NCBI GenBank assembly: GCA_963843845.1
Contig: CAWJMB010000002.1
Coordinates: forward strand, 320,001-384,000
Reading direction: 5' to 3'
From: an uncultured Gemmatimonadaceae bacterium
Lineage (GTDB): Bacteria; Gemmatimonadota; Gemmatimonadetes; Gemmatimonadales; Gemmatimonadaceae
Length of the DNA: 64,000 bases
This document shows positions 47,969-58,778 of this stretch, piece after piece. Made by a program: the position numbers and the translations under genes. Position 1 is the first letter of the stretch. Every line of letters begins with the position of its first letter. Below the pieces are notes generated by a model that saw nothing but the letters and a program-made list of their open reading frames with translations, did no database searches and was not told where the DNA came from.

Positions 47969-50900
47969 CTACCGGCGCGCCGTCACGGTGAACGTGCCGC
48001 CGTCGCTGCGCCCGTGCACCGCCGGGTTGTACATCTCCTCCGCGTGTGCCGGCGGCCGCACGAACGTTCCCGCCGTCGTGGCGCGCGCGAGGTAGGTCGC
48101 CGAGTACGTCCCCGGCCAGAGCACGGTCGCCGAGTAGACGACGCGGTCGTCGCGCAGCTCGCGGTGATCGAACGGCGACCACCACCCGCCGTCCCACGTG
48201 CCGTAGACCCAGCGCGGCAGCTCGTCGTTCGGCTCGGCGCGCTCGCGGTCGTCGTGGCGTGAGGCACCAGGGCCGACGGCGGTGGCGGCGGTGCGGAGGC
48301 TGAGGTCGACGGCCTCGAGGCCGGCCGGAAGCGCGTCGTCGAGCACGACGAAGTGGCGCGTCGTCGGGACCGTCAGGCGCAGACGGACACGCACCAGCTC
48401 CCCTTCGACGACGCTCGTGATCGAGCGGCCGGCACCGGCGGGACCGGCACCGGCGGGACCGGCACCGGCGGGACCGGCACCGGCGGGACCGGCACCGGCG
48501 GCGGTGCCGTCGTAGGGCTCGTACCACCGCTCGACCGTGATCCCGGCGACCACCGGCGTCGTCGGCGGCCGGCTCGGAACCTCGGAGACGGTGACGTAGA
48601 AATAGACGGCGCCGCTGCCTGGACCCGCGGCGATCGCCAGGCGCAGTGCCTGTCCTCCAGCCACGCCACTGAGCAGGCCGCGAAGCGGCACGGCCGAATC
48701 CCCTCGGGCCAGAATGACGCGGTCTCCGCTCCGCACCTGGACCGTACGGACTTCCTCCGACCGAGTACGCCGCTCGAAATCGGCGAGCGCGGCGACGGCC
48801 GACGCGTAGTCCTGCGTGTTCCACTGCCAGTCCGTCCGCCGCACGCGCCCTTCGTCGGCGAGCGCCTCGACGAGCGGGCCGATGAGCGCGTGCTCGGGCT
48901 CGACGGCGAGCGTCGCGGCGAGCACCTGGGCGAGCGGGCGCGTGTGCGACGTGAAGTAGAACGCCGGCCCGTCGTCGTCGGGGAGCACCGCTCGGCGGCC
49001 GTCGACGCGGACGGTCGGCCAGATCGCGGCCATGAGCCGGCGGGCGTCGGCTGCGGCGCGACGGCGCGCGAACACCGTCGCGAGGCGGGCACGATCCTCG
49101 AGCGTCAGCTGCGCGGCCATGCGTAGCAGCTCGTTCTCCGACGCCACGTCGGGGCGGCCGAATCGGCTCAGGAAGTCGACCGCGGCGACCTGGTCGCGAA
49201 GCCGCATCGCACGGGTGGCGTAGTAGCTCGCGACGGGTGTCGCGTCCGCGTCTCCGGTGCCTTTGAGGTCGGTCGTGAGATAGCTCGCGAGCCGGGCGAG
49301 CGTCGCGGCGTTCACGGCGACGCCGGCGTCGCGCGCGTCGAGCAGCACCGCGCCGGCGTACGCGCTGAGCCACGGCGTCGTCCAGTCGGTCGCCGACCAG
49401 TAGCCGATGCCGCCGTCGGCGCGCTGGCGTTGCGTCAGCAGCTCGACGGCGCGCCGCACGTCGACGAGGGGGGTGCCGCGGAGGAACGGGCCGACGCTCG
49501 GCAGGCGCTGCTGCGCGCGGTAGAGCGCGATGAGGGGGATCGCGGCGCTGACGACCTGCTCCGAGCAGGAGTACGGATAGACGCGCAGCGTTCCCGCCAT
49601 CCCGCGGATCGTCGCGAGTGGCGATGGGCCGATCTGCAGCGACAGTCGCGACCGTGTCTGGTCGATGTCGCTCGGCAGCGCGAGCACGACCGAGGCGGTG
49701 TCGCGAACGACGCCGGCGACGGTGTGGGTGCGCGGCGTGAAGTCGGGGTGCCAGGGCAGTGCGACGCGCACGGCGTCGGCGTTCGTGCCGTCGGTGACGT
49801 CGAACCGGAACTCGGCGCTGTCGACGCCCGCCGAGGGGACCTGGAACGGGAAGCGCACTTCGGCGCCACGCGACTGGGCGAGCGTCACGCGCTGCTCTCG
49901 CCCGCCGCGCAGCGCGACGCCCGTGGCGTCGGCGCGGACGGTCACCGACACCGCTGCGCCATCGCGCCGATTGATCACCGCGCCGGCAGTGAACGTGTCG
50001 CCCGGCCGCACGAACCGCGGCAGCGCCTGGCGCGCCAGCAGCGGACGGGTGACGAGCAGACTCGCCTCCCCCCTGCCATACCGATCGCCGGCGGTGACGG
50101 CCACGGCCATCACGCGGAACGTCGTCAGGTTGTCGGGCAGCTTCACCGTCGCCAGCCCGGCTCCTGTCGCGTCCGTGACGACGGACCCCAGGAAGAAGGC
50201 CGTCGTCTGGAAGCGGGAGCGCAGGACGTCGCTCCCCGCCGCACCGCCGCCGCCCCCCGCCTCGCGGCGTCCCTTCTCGCCGTCCGGCACCTGCGGCGCG
50301 ACGCCGGTCATGTTGCTCGCCAGCCGCATCCCGAGCCCGCGCGCTCGATAGATCAGGTCGATCGGGTCGGGCGTCGTGTACCCGGTGAGCGCGAGCACCC
50401 CGTCGTCGACCGCCCAGAGCGTGACTTCGCTCCGCACGCCGCCGCCCTGCGCCTGCCCCGAGCCGTGCGCGTCGCGCACCTGCACGCGTACGCGCGCCGA
50501 GTCGCCTGGCCGGTACTCGGCGCGTTCCGGGGCGACAGACAGCGTGAGGCGCTTCACCTCCGGCGTCACGCGCAGCTCCGCATAGCCGACCCGCATCGTC
50601 GGCCGTCCCGGGTCGTCGAGCGGGCCGGGCTTCGCAGAGCGACCGCGCGCGACGACGATCGAGACGAACGCGTTCGGCGCGTACGCCTCGGTGATCGGAA
50701 ACTTCAGCGTCGTGGCGCCGCTCGTCAGTCGCATGCGCCGCTGCTCGATGAGCCCCTCGCGCTCGACGGTGATCCACGCCTCGGCGTTCGTGAACGGGGC
50801 AGCGAACAGCACCGTCGCGGTGTCGCCGACGGCGTAGCGCGACCGGTCCGGGACGACGTCCATCTTGAACTGCGACTCGTCGTTCCACGGCACCCACCCG

Positions 50901-53833
50901 GCGCCCGACGCCCACCGCTCGAAGCTCGTCTCCGCGCTCCGGCCGGCGGCGTCGGTCGCGGTGAAGCGCACGGTGTACTCGCCGCCGCCGTTCGGCGTGA
51001 ACGAGCACGGCCGGGGCGTTGCAGCTGACAGGACCGTGCAGCGCGCGACCGTGTCCTGCACCCAGTCGCCGACCGTCTCGGCGACGCCGTTGCGGACGCG
51101 CCGCACGCGGTGCCACTCGCGCCGCACGATCGTCCCCGCGATCCGCGTCCCGACGACCGGGTCGCCGGTCGGCTTCACCGCGAGCACGCTCACCGAGACC
51201 GGCGCCCCCGCCCGCCAGAAATAGGACGTGCCCGACGGTCTCGCCGCGACGTACAGATCGGCCGGGTGCACGACCGTCGTCGTGCGCTGGCCGACGACCT
51301 GGCGGTTCACGTCGGTGACGATCGCCTCCAACGTCACGCGCGCCGCGCGGCCGTTCGGCGGCACCGGGAGCGCGACCTTCACCGTGCGCTCGCCGCGCGC
51401 GTCGAGCGTGTCGGCGCCGCTCGCGAACTCGTCGGTCGACGGCTCCGCGTACTCCTCCGACCAGCCGCCGCTCCGGCCGACGTGCCAGCCGCCGTCGAGC
51501 CCCGGGATCTCGAGCTCCCACGGCGAGAGCGTCGTCTGCCGCGCGCTCCACGACAGCGCCGCGCGCCCCATCCGCGCGCCGAACAGGTAGCGCGCCTGCA
51601 CCGTCGCGGCGAGCGTGTCGCCGGGCAGCCGCGCCGCGCGCACCGCGGTCAGGTCGACCAGGAACTCCGGCGGCCGGTACTCGGCGACGCGGTACCTCGT
51701 GGTGCCGACGGTGCGCCAGGCTCCTCGTCGCCGCGCCTGCACCTCGACCGCGTAGTCGCCGACGGCCGCCGAGCGCGGCAGGTCGACGAATCGGTCGGCG
51801 GTGCCGAACGCCGAGAGCGGCGACGTCACCTCGCGCAGCATCCCGTCATCGCGGTCGTGGAAGCGCCAGCGCACCGAGTCGCCCGCGCTCGGCACCCGCA
51901 GCGCGCCCAGGGCGCCGTCGCGCACGATCGCCTTCGCGTAGACGCGTTCGCCGGGGCGGTAGATGCCGCGCTCGGTGAACACGGCGCCGGCGAGCGTCAG
52001 TCGCTCGTCGTCCCACGCGCTCGCCACGTCGAAGCGCCACGGCGCGAGGTCCGGGTCCCAGCGATTCACCGCGGCGTAGGCGCGGTCGGTGCCCAGCGTG
52101 ACGCGGACGTAGCCTTCGACGGTGCTCCTCCCGTCGTCGTCGCTCGTGGTCGCGTTCGGCGCCCATCCGGCGAGCCGCGCGAGACCGCGCGCGTCGGTGC
52201 GCGACGTCGCGAGCAGCTGTCCGTTCGGATCGAACAGCTGCACCACCGCGCCGCGCTTCGCGCTGCCGTCGCTGACGCCGGTGACCCACACGTACCCTTC
52301 CGCCGCCCCGAGCCGCACGTGGACGCCGAGGTCGGTGATCTGGACGAGCGACGTCGGCGTCTCGCTCCCGTCGCTCGTGCCGCGTGCGCGGCCGCTGACG
52401 CGCACCGCGAACAGTCCCGACGACCCGGCCCGCGTGGCGTCGGCCACGGGCAGCCGGACGCCGGTGATCATGCCGCGGTCGACCGGGGCGCGGACGGCCA
52501 GCCGCTGCGTGGTGGCGCCTCTCGCGAGCGCCGTCCACATCGTGTCGTCGGCCCACCCGAAGCGGGTCAGCGCGCGCGCCTCCATCCGCTCCGGCACCGG
52601 GGCGATCTCCGCGACGAGCGTGTCGACGTTGACGTGCTGGACCGCGAGCGTGCGGAAGCCGAGTCGCTCGACGAGCAGGCGGCCGTACGGCGCGTCGATC
52701 TCGGGGGCGTAGCCGGTGGTCGTGAACGCGGCGGCGGGATTGCCGCGCAGCGGTTGGCCGTAGACGTCGCGCAGCGCCGTGTCGACGACGACCGCGTACG
52801 TCCGGCGCGGCGCGAGCGGCGCGTCGAGCGTCCACGTCGTCGCCTCGCTCGCCGTGTCGTCCACGGTGAAGCGTGCGGCGGGCAGGAGTCGCACGCGGCG
52901 CAGCACGTCGTGCCCGCGCACGGGCGTCGTGAACCGGATGGTGACCGGCCCGGTCGGACAGAACTCGGCGCCCGCTTCGCGGCACTGCGTGCCGGCGATG
53001 CGCAGGTCGCCGTACGTGTCGAACGCCCAGCGCGCGCGCGCCGTCGCAGCGTCGGCGCCGAGCTCGTTCTGCACCACGAGCTCTCCGGCGCAGTCGCGTG
53101 GCAGCGAGCGCTCCGGCACGAGCTGCACGACGCGGCGCTGACCGTCGAGCGTGCGGTCGCGCTGCCAGCCGCCGGCCTCGCGGAGGCGAGCCGGGTCGCC
53201 GTCGCGGAGCGCGCGCTGGCTCGCCGCGCGCAGCCGCACGATGCGGCCGCCCCCGGCGCACGACGCCGCGAACTCCAGCTGCGCCGCGTTCGACAGCGCC
53301 GCGAGGTCGACCGGCGCGCTGTAGACGACGTCGAAGCGCTGGGTCGGCGTGATCTGGCGCTCGCGCCCCGTCTCCCGCGGCCCGACCGGCGACCCGGTGA
53401 GCAGCGTCGGTCCGTGCACGCGGAACGTGAAGCGATACGGCTCGGCCAGCGTGCTGCCGTCCATCGCGCGGACGCCTGGGGCGACGGTCACCGTGTAGCG
53501 CGCGCCGGCAACCAGTGGCGCGCTCGGCGTGAGGCGGATCGTCGCGGGGTCGCGCCATTCGATCCGACCGGGGACCGACGGCTCGACCCGGAGGAGCGAG
53601 GCCGGGTCGACCGCCGCGCGATCGAGCGAGCCGGCGACCGGCCTGTCGAACGTGACGCTCAGCCGAGCGGACGGTGACGCGTCACCGTCGGGGGTGGCGC
53701 GGACGACGCGGAGCGGCGCGTCAGGCGGCGTGCCCGCCTGCGCGCCCGCCTGCGCGCCACGTTGCGCGCCGAGCGGCACGGTGACGACCGCGGCGGCGGC
53801 GGCGGCGACGAACGCCAGGCGAACGAGCGACAT
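47969..53833 (-). CDS. Bacterial alpha-2-macroglobulin
   Basis: FTERGIYRPGE, VAEYRPPEF, LPDNLTTFR, thioester motif YPYSCSEQ, EEMYNP. Confidence 0.93.
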   Translation of the reverse strand: MSLVRLAFVAAAAAAVVTVPLGAQRGAQAGAQAGTPPDAPLRVVRATPDGDASPSARLSVTFDRPVAGSLDRAAVDPASLLRVEPSVPGRIEWRDPATIRLTPSAPLVAGARYTVTVAPGVRAMDGSTLAEPYRFTFRVHGPTLLTGSPVGPRETGRERQITPTQRFDVVYSAPVDLAALSNAAQLEFAASCAGGGRIVRLRAASQRALRDGDPARLREAGGWQRDRTLDGQRRVVQLVPERSLPRDCAGELVVQNELGADAATARARWAFDTYGDLRIAGTQCREAGAEFCPTGPVTIRFTTPVRGHDVLRRVRLLPAARFTVDDTASEATTWTLDAPLAPRRTYAVVVDTALRDVYGQPLRGNPAAAFTTTGYAPEIDAPYGRLLVERLGFRTLAVQHVNVDTLVAEIAPVPERMEARALTRFGWADDTMWTALARGATTQRLAVRAPVDRGMITGVRLPVADATRAGSSGLFAVRVSGRARGTSDGSETPTSLVQITDLGVHVRLGAAEGYVWVTGVSDGSAKRGAVVQLFDPNGQLLATSRTDARGLARLAGWAPNATTSDDDGRSTVEGYVRVTLGTDRAYAAVNRWDPDLAPWRFDVASAWDDERLTLAGAVFTERGIYRPGERVYAKAIVRDGALGALRVPSAGDSVRWRFHDRDDGMLREVTSPLSAFGTADRFVDLPRSAAVGDYAVEVQARRRGAWRTVGTTRYRVAEYRPPEFLVDLTAVRAARLPGDTLAATVQARYLFGARMGRAALSWSARQTTLSPWELEIPGLDGGWHVGRSGGWSEEYAEPSTDEFASGADTLDARGERTVKVALPVPPNGRAARVTLEAIVTDVNRQVVGQRTTTVVHPADLYVAARPSGTSYFWRAGAPVSVSVLAVKPTGDPVVGTRIAGTIVRREWHRVRRVRNGVAETVGDWVQDTVARCTVLSAATPRPCSFTPNGGGEYTVRFTATDAAGRSAETSFERWASGAGWVPWNDESQFKMDVVPDRSRYAVGDTATVLFAAPFTNAEAWITVEREGLIEQRRMRLTSGATTLKFPITEAYAPNAFVSIVVARGRSAKPGPLDDPGRPTMRVGYAELRVTPEVKRLTLSVAPERAEYRPGDSARVRVQVRDAHGSGQAQGGGVRSEVTLWAVDDGVLALTGYTTPDPIDLIYRARGLGMRLASNMTGVAPQVPDGEKGRREAGGGGGAAGSDVLRSRFQTTAFFLGSVVTDATGAGLATVKLPDNLTTFRVMAVAVTAGDRYGRGEASLLVTRPLLARQALPRFVRPGDTFTAGAVINRRDGAAVSVTVRADATGVALRGGREQRVTLAQSRGAEVRFPFQVPSAGVDSAEFRFDVTDGTNADAVRVALPWHPDFTPRTHTVAGVVRDTASVVLALPSDIDQTRSRLSLQIGPSPLATIRGMAGTLRVYPYSCSEQVVSAAIPLIALYRAQQRLPSVGPFLRGTPLVDVRRAVELLTQRQRADGGIGYWSATDWTTPWLSAYAGAVLLDARDAGVAVNAATLARLASYLTTDLKGTGDADATPVASYYATRAMRLRDQVAAVDFLSRFGRPDVASENELLRMAAQLTLEDRARLATVFARRRAAADARRLMAAIWPTVRVDGRRAVLPDDDGPAFYFTSHTRPLAQVLAATLAVEPEHALIGPLVEALADEGRVRRTDWQWNTQDYASAVAALADFERRTRSEEVRTVQVRSGDRVILARGDSAVPLRGLLSGVAGGQALRLAIAAGPGSGAVYFYVTVSEVPSRPPTTPVVAGITVERWYEPYDGTAAGAGPAGAGPAGAGPAGAGPAGAGRSITSVVEGELVRVRLRLTVPTTRHFVVLDDALPAGLEAVDLSLRTAATAVGPGASRHDDRERAEPNDELPRWVYGTWDGGWWSPFDHRELRDDRVVYSATVLWPGTYSATYLARATTAGTFVRPPAHAEEMYNPAVHGRSDGGTFTVTARR

Positions 53834-53938
53834 GAGCGAGCTCCGGGTGCGCGCGGGTGCCCAGTATAGGTACGCGGCGGGCGGCGCGCTCGTGCCTGCG
53901 CCCGCCGTCTCACCTCGGCGCGGACGGCGGGCGGGCGG

Positions 53939-55396
53939 TCATGGCGCGAGGCGGTCGAGGAGGCGGTCGGCGAGGCGTCGCGCGTCCACGTCGTCGCGGT
54001 CGGTGAGGACGATGACCGTGACGCGCCGTTCGGGCAGCCGCACGAACGCGGCGCGCCGTCCGTCCGGCGTGCCGTAGGCGCTGAGCCGGGTGGTGCCGCG
54101 GTACGTGTCGCGCTGCCAGCCGAGGGCGTCGTCGCCAGGCTGCGGGGCGCCGGCGCTGCGCGCACCGGCGAAGAACGTCGGCAGGTGCTCGAGACCCAGC
54201 GCGAAGCGATACAGCTCGTCGACGTTCGCCGCGAGCTGCCCGTCGACGACGGCCATCTGGTGCGCGCCGATCGGCGTGAAGATCCGCGCCGCGAGCGCCG
54301 CGCGGTAGGCCGAGTCGTGCGCGAGTGGGCGCGTGCGCCCGGTGAGCCGCGCCAGCAGTGCGTCGACCGGCTCGGACAGGCCGCCTACCGCGAAGTTCGG
54401 GACGGTCGTCGGCGGCATGTAGCGCGCGCCGATCGGCACGTTGAACGCGCGGTCGACGAGCACGTTCCCCTGTCTGGCGACGAGCACCGTGGCCTTCGAC
54501 CCCGACGCGGCGACCTCGCGGAACACGCCGTCGACGAACGCGCTGTCGAGGCGTGACGACGCGCCGGCGCGGCGGCGCACCGCGCGGGCGGCGAGGTCGT
54601 AGCTGTCGCCCGGGTAGAGCGTGACGAACGGCCGGCCGGCATCGTTGCCGCGGCCGCCGTAGGCGAACGCCTTGTTGCGCCCGACGATGACGGCCGAGTC
54701 GCCCTGCACGATCCAGGCGGTCCCCTCGTCCTCCGAGATGCCGAGCAGATCGGGGCGGCGCGGCACGAGCGAGTCGGCGAGGTCGGCGAGCCGTCCGCGC
54801 GCGACGACGTGCTGGTCGATCGCGACGTTGCGCAGGAAGCCGAAGCCGCGATCGTAGGTCGAGTCCATGACGATCGCGTTCCCCGACCGCGCGCCCCGCA
54901 GCAGATAGCTGGACAGGATCGACGCCCCGGCCGACGTGCCGCCGACCACGCCGCCGCGCGCGAGCACCGCGTGAAAGCCGCGCTCGGTGCGCGTTCCGGC
55001 GTACGAGTCGACGAGGTGCCACTGCCGCCCCCCCTCGAACCAGACGCCGCCGGCGCGCGCGAGCACGGCGGCGAAGGCGCTGTCGTCGGCGACGGCGCGA
55101 TGCACCGTGTGCAGCACGACGACGTTGCGGGCGCCGGCGGCCTTGAGCCCCGCGGTGCCGCGCCAGTCTGCCGGATAGAGCGAGTCGCCGCCCGCCGTCG
55201 GGACGTCGACGATGAGGGCGTCGGGGCCGCCGGCGAGCGCGATGAAGCGCTCGTAGACGTCGGGGCCGATCGCGCCGCCGCCGACCACGACGACGGCGCC
55301 GCGGGCGGGGCCGACCTGCTGCGCGGCGAGCGGGGCGGCGAGAGCGGCGAGTGCGATGGTCGCGGTGAGCGCGGTGGGGTAGAGCCGACGAAGCAT
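53939..55396 (-). CDS. Cyanophycinase-like peptidase S51 with C-terminal beta-lactamase-like remnant
   Basis: VGGG, GGRQ, GGTSAGA, IDQH, then VLVARQGNVL..F, NFAVGGLS, RIFTPIG. Confidence 0.8.
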   Translation of the reverse strand: MLRRLYPTALTATIALAALAAPLAAQQVGPARGAVVVVGGGAIGPDVYERFIALAGGPDALIVDVPTAGGDSLYPADWRGTAGLKAAGARNVVVLHTVHRAVADDSAFAAVLARAGGVWFEGGRQWHLVDSYAGTRTERGFHAVLARGGVVGGTSAGASILSSYLLRGARSGNAIVMDSTYDRGFGFLRNVAIDQHVVARGRLADLADSLVPRRPDLLGISEDEGTAWIVQGDSAVIVGRNKAFAYGGRGNDAGRPFVTLYPGDSYDLAARAVRRRAGASSRLDSAFVDGVFREVAASGSKATVLVARQGNVLVDRAFNVPIGARYMPPTTVPNFAVGGLSEPVDALLARLTGRTRPLAHDSAYRAALAARIFTPIGAHQMAVVDGQLAANVDELYRFALGLEHLPTFFAGARSAGAPQPGDDALGWQRDTYRGTTRLSAYGTPDGRRAAFVRLPERRVTVIVLTDRDDVDARRLADRLLDRLAP

Positions 55397-55748
55397 TGCG
55401 GGCGGGGTGAGGGCGATCTACGGTCTACGCGAGCCGAGGGCGCGACGTTCGGCGGGTGCGGGATGGGAGGGTGGTGGCAGGGCGGCTCCGCATCACCGCC
55501 CGCCCCCGCCGTCCCGCCCCCCCCCCCGCTCGAGGAATGCCTCGGCGGCGTGGTCGACGAGCGCGCTCCGTACCCTGTAGCATCGTGAGCCGGGCTGGAC
55601 GACCCGGCCCGGCTCGGGAACGTGCGTCCGCGACGACTGCGGCCGCGCCGTCTCGGGCGAGTCCGGCGGTCGCCGCGCCGGTCGGGAGCCGCGCTTGCGA
55701 TGAGGACGGCCGACCCGACATGGCCGACCCCGTCGCCAGGAGCCGCGC

Positions 55749-56607
55749 GTGCCCGAGCCGACATCGTCTCACCCCGACGCCGAACCGCAGGACCGTCTCG
55801 CCGCCCTGCGCGACCTGGAGGAGTGGCTCGAGCGACCGATGCTCGTGCTGAGCTTCGTGTGGCTCGCCCTGTTCGTGCTCGAGTTCACGCGCGGGCTCTC
55901 CCCGGCGTTCGAGACCGCCGGCTGGGTGATCTGGGCCGTCTTCGTGCTCGACTTTCTCCTGCGGCTCGCGCTCGCGCCGGACCGCGGGCGCTATCTCCGC
56001 GCGAACTGGCTGACGGTCCTCTCGCTGCTCGTGCCGGCAGTACGCGTGCTCCGCGTCGTGCGCGGCGTTCCGCGTGCTGCGCGCCGCACGCGCCGCGCGA
56101 GGCCTGCGGCTCGTGAAGGTCGTCGGCTCGCTGAATCGCGGCATGCGCGCCCTCGGCCGGAGCTTCGCGCGGCGGGGATTCGGGTACGTGCTGACGCTCA
56201 CGCTGCTCGTCACGCTGGCCGGAGCGGCCGGCATGTACGCCTTCGAGCGCGACGCGCCGGGAAGCCCGCTCACGAGCTACGGCGCGACGCTGTGGTGGAC
56301 GGCCATGATCATGACGACCATGGGCTCCGACTACTTCCCGACGAGCGCCGAGGGGCGCGCGCTCTGCGTGCTGCTCGCTCTGTTCGCGTTCGGAGTGTTC
56401 GGCTACGTGACGGCGGCGCTGGCGACGTTCTTCGTCGGGCGCGACGCGGTGGCGGCCGACGCGGAGGTGGCGGGGCAGGAGTCGGTGGACGCGCTCGCGG
56501 CCGAGGTCCGAGCGCTGCGCGCCGAGGTCCGCGCCCTCCTCCCGCGGCTCGGAGCGCCGGGCACCCGACCAGGGCCGGGCGGCGTCGAGGCGGAGATCGG
56601 CGACTGA
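55749..56607 (+). CDS. 6TM ion (K+-like) channel, frameshift near 56065
   Basis: TM helices, Arg-repeat S4 segment, LWWTAMIMTTMGSDYFP pore loop, C-terminal coiled coil. Confidence 0.8.
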
Positions 56608-56652
56608 GATCCCACGGAGCTCCCTCGCCTCGACAGGCGATGGCGCACCAGT

Positions 56653-58512
56653 TCAATCCGTCGCACGTCCCGGTGCCGGCGGCGACGGCGGCGCGGCCGG
56701 CGTCCGCATCGCGAGCGATGCGTCGGGCATGCGGCTGAGCAGCACGAGCTCGTCGCCCGCGCGCCAGGTGAGATCGGCGTTCACGATGTCGACGAGCTCG
56801 CCCTGCACCCGGGCGACCGGTACCACGTCCTCCGGGAGCTCGCTCGCGCGCGTCGGCCCGCCGGCGGGCACGCGGTACGTCACGAACGTCGCGGTCCCGT
56901 CGTCGATCGACGACTCCCACGCGCGCACGTCGAGCGGCCGGCCGAACGCGATGCGGCCGCCGACGCGCTCCAGCAGTCGCGGCCCCGCGCCGCGGCTCGG
57001 CTGGCCGAGCGCGGGGAAGGTGCGCTCCACGCCGAACGCGTCGTGCGCGAGATGCGTGGCGAGCGCGTTCACCTCGGAGTTCGTCGTCACCGCCACGACC
57101 GTCGTCGCCTCCTCGGCGCCGAGTTCGGCGAGCACGTCCTCGTCGAGCGCGTTGCCCAGGCGCGCGTCCAAGCCCTCGGCGCGCGCCTGGGCGACGAGCG
57201 CCTCGTTGCGGTCCACCAGCGTGACCGCGCGCCCGCGCTGCTGGAGAACGCTGGCGACGCCGCGGGCGAGCGGCCCGGCGCCGACGATCACGACCGCGCG
57301 GTAGGCGAGACTGCGCAGTCCGAGCAGGCTCGCCACGAGCCCCGCCGTGAGCCCCTGGAGCGTGACGGTGATCGCGATCGCCATGAAGGTGATCGCGAGG
57401 ATCCGCGTTCCCTCGGCGAAGCCTGCCTCGTCGAGCACGACGGCGAACAGCGAGGCCACCGACGCGGCGACGATGCCGCGCGGCGAGATCCACATGACGA
57501 ACAGCCGCTCGCGCCAGGTGAGCGCGCTGCGCCGCAGCGACGCGAGCACGCACAGCGGCCGCACGACGAAGACGAGCGCGAGCACGGTCAGCACGCCGCG
57601 CCACCCCTCGGCGCGCACGATGCCTAACGGGAGCGCGGCCGCGAGCAATACGAACAGGATGCTGATGCCGAGCACCGTGAGCTGCTCCTTGAAGCGGCGG
57701 AGCCGCCGCTCCTCGGGAACGGTGCCGCGCTGCATCACGAGCCCCATCACGACCGCCGCCATGATCCCGGCCTCGCTCTGCAGCCACTCCGCGCCCGCGA
57801 ACGCCAGCCAGACGAACGCCAGCGACACGAGGTTCGCGAGCTCCGCCGGCACGAGGCCGGGGCGTCGCAGCAGCCACGAGAGCGCGAGCCCGCCGCCGCC
57901 CCCGGCCACGAGCCCCGCGAGCAGCCGGCCGACGTACCCCCACGCGCCGCTGAGCACTCCGATCGGGTGCACGCCGGCGAGGCCGAGCACCACGTCGACC
58001 ACCGCGACGGCGAGCACCGCGCCGACCGGATCGATGAGGATCGCCTCTCCCTCGAGCACCGTGCGCACCCGGCGCGGAATGCTCACACGGCGCAGCAGCG
58101 GTTGCACGACGGTGGGGCCCGTGACGGTCATGAGCGCGCCGAAGACGATCGCGACCTGCCAGCTGAACCCGGCGATCATACGGGCCGCGAGCGCGGCGCC
58201 GATCCACGACACGACGACGCCGATCGTGACGAGGTTGCGCACCTCGGTCATCGCGCGGCGCAGGTCGCCGACACGCAGGTTGAGCGCGCCGTCGAACAGG
58301 ATCACCGCGACGCAGAGCTTCACGATCACCGAGAGCCCGCCGCCGAGCGACGCCGGCAGGATCACGCCGAGCCCCGAGGGCCCGAGGGCGACGCCCAACG
58401 CGAGCAGCGGCACGATCGCGGGCACGCGGAGGCGATGCCCGACGAGCTGGGCGAACATGCCGGCGGCGACGGCGAGCGCGATCGTCAGCAGCGCGGGGTC
58501 GATGCTATGCAC
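56653..58512 (-). CDS. CPA1 cation:proton antiporter with TrkA-N/RCK domain
   Basis: ILFDGAL, TGPTVV, EGEAILIDP, PRGIVAASVAS, IVGAGP. Confidence 0.88.
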   Translation of the reverse strand: MHSIDPALLTIALAVAAGMFAQLVGHRLRVPAIVPLLALGVALGPSGLGVILPASLGGGLSVIVKLCVAVILFDGALNLRVGDLRRAMTEVRNLVTIGVVVSWIGAALAARMIAGFSWQVAIVFGALMTVTGPTVVQPLLRRVSIPRRVRTVLEGEAILIDPVGAVLAVAVVDVVLGLAGVHPIGVLSGAWGYVGRLLAGLVAGGGGGLALSWLLRRPGLVPAELANLVSLAFVWLAFAGAEWLQSEAGIMAAVVMGLVMQRGTVPEERRLRRFKEQLTVLGISILFVLLAAALPLGIVRAEGWRGVLTVLALVFVVRPLCVLASLRRSALTWRERLFVMWISPRGIVAASVASLFAVVLDEAGFAEGTRILAITFMAIAITVTLQGLTAGLVASLLGLRSLAYRAVVIVGAGPLARGVASVLQQRGRAVTLVDRNEALVAQARAEGLDARLGNALDEDVLAELGAEEATTVVAVTTNSEVNALATHLAHDAFGVERTFPALGQPSRGAGPRLLERVGGRIAFGRPLDVRAWESSIDDGTATFVTYRVPAGGPTRASELPEDVVPVARVQGELVDIVNADLTWRAGDELVLLSRMPDASLAMRTPAAPPSPPAPGRATD

Positions 58513-58778
58513 GGGGGGTCGACGCGCGGGCCGCGAGTGGCATCAATGGCGAACACCTCTGTGAGGTGTGAGGCAGGGGGTGGGGAAGGCGCGAACGACA
58601 TGTCTCGTTCGGCCGGTCCCTGCAAGGATGAAACCGCCTGCGTGCCGCCTGCGCGCCGCCTGCGTGCCGCCTGATGAGCGCCGGCCCTGGCACCGTTGGT
58701 GCAGCCGTCTTCGGTTTTCGGCGGTGCCGACGGCACCGAGGCGACGATCCTGCGATCTGACGAGGGGGTGGTGACGAC

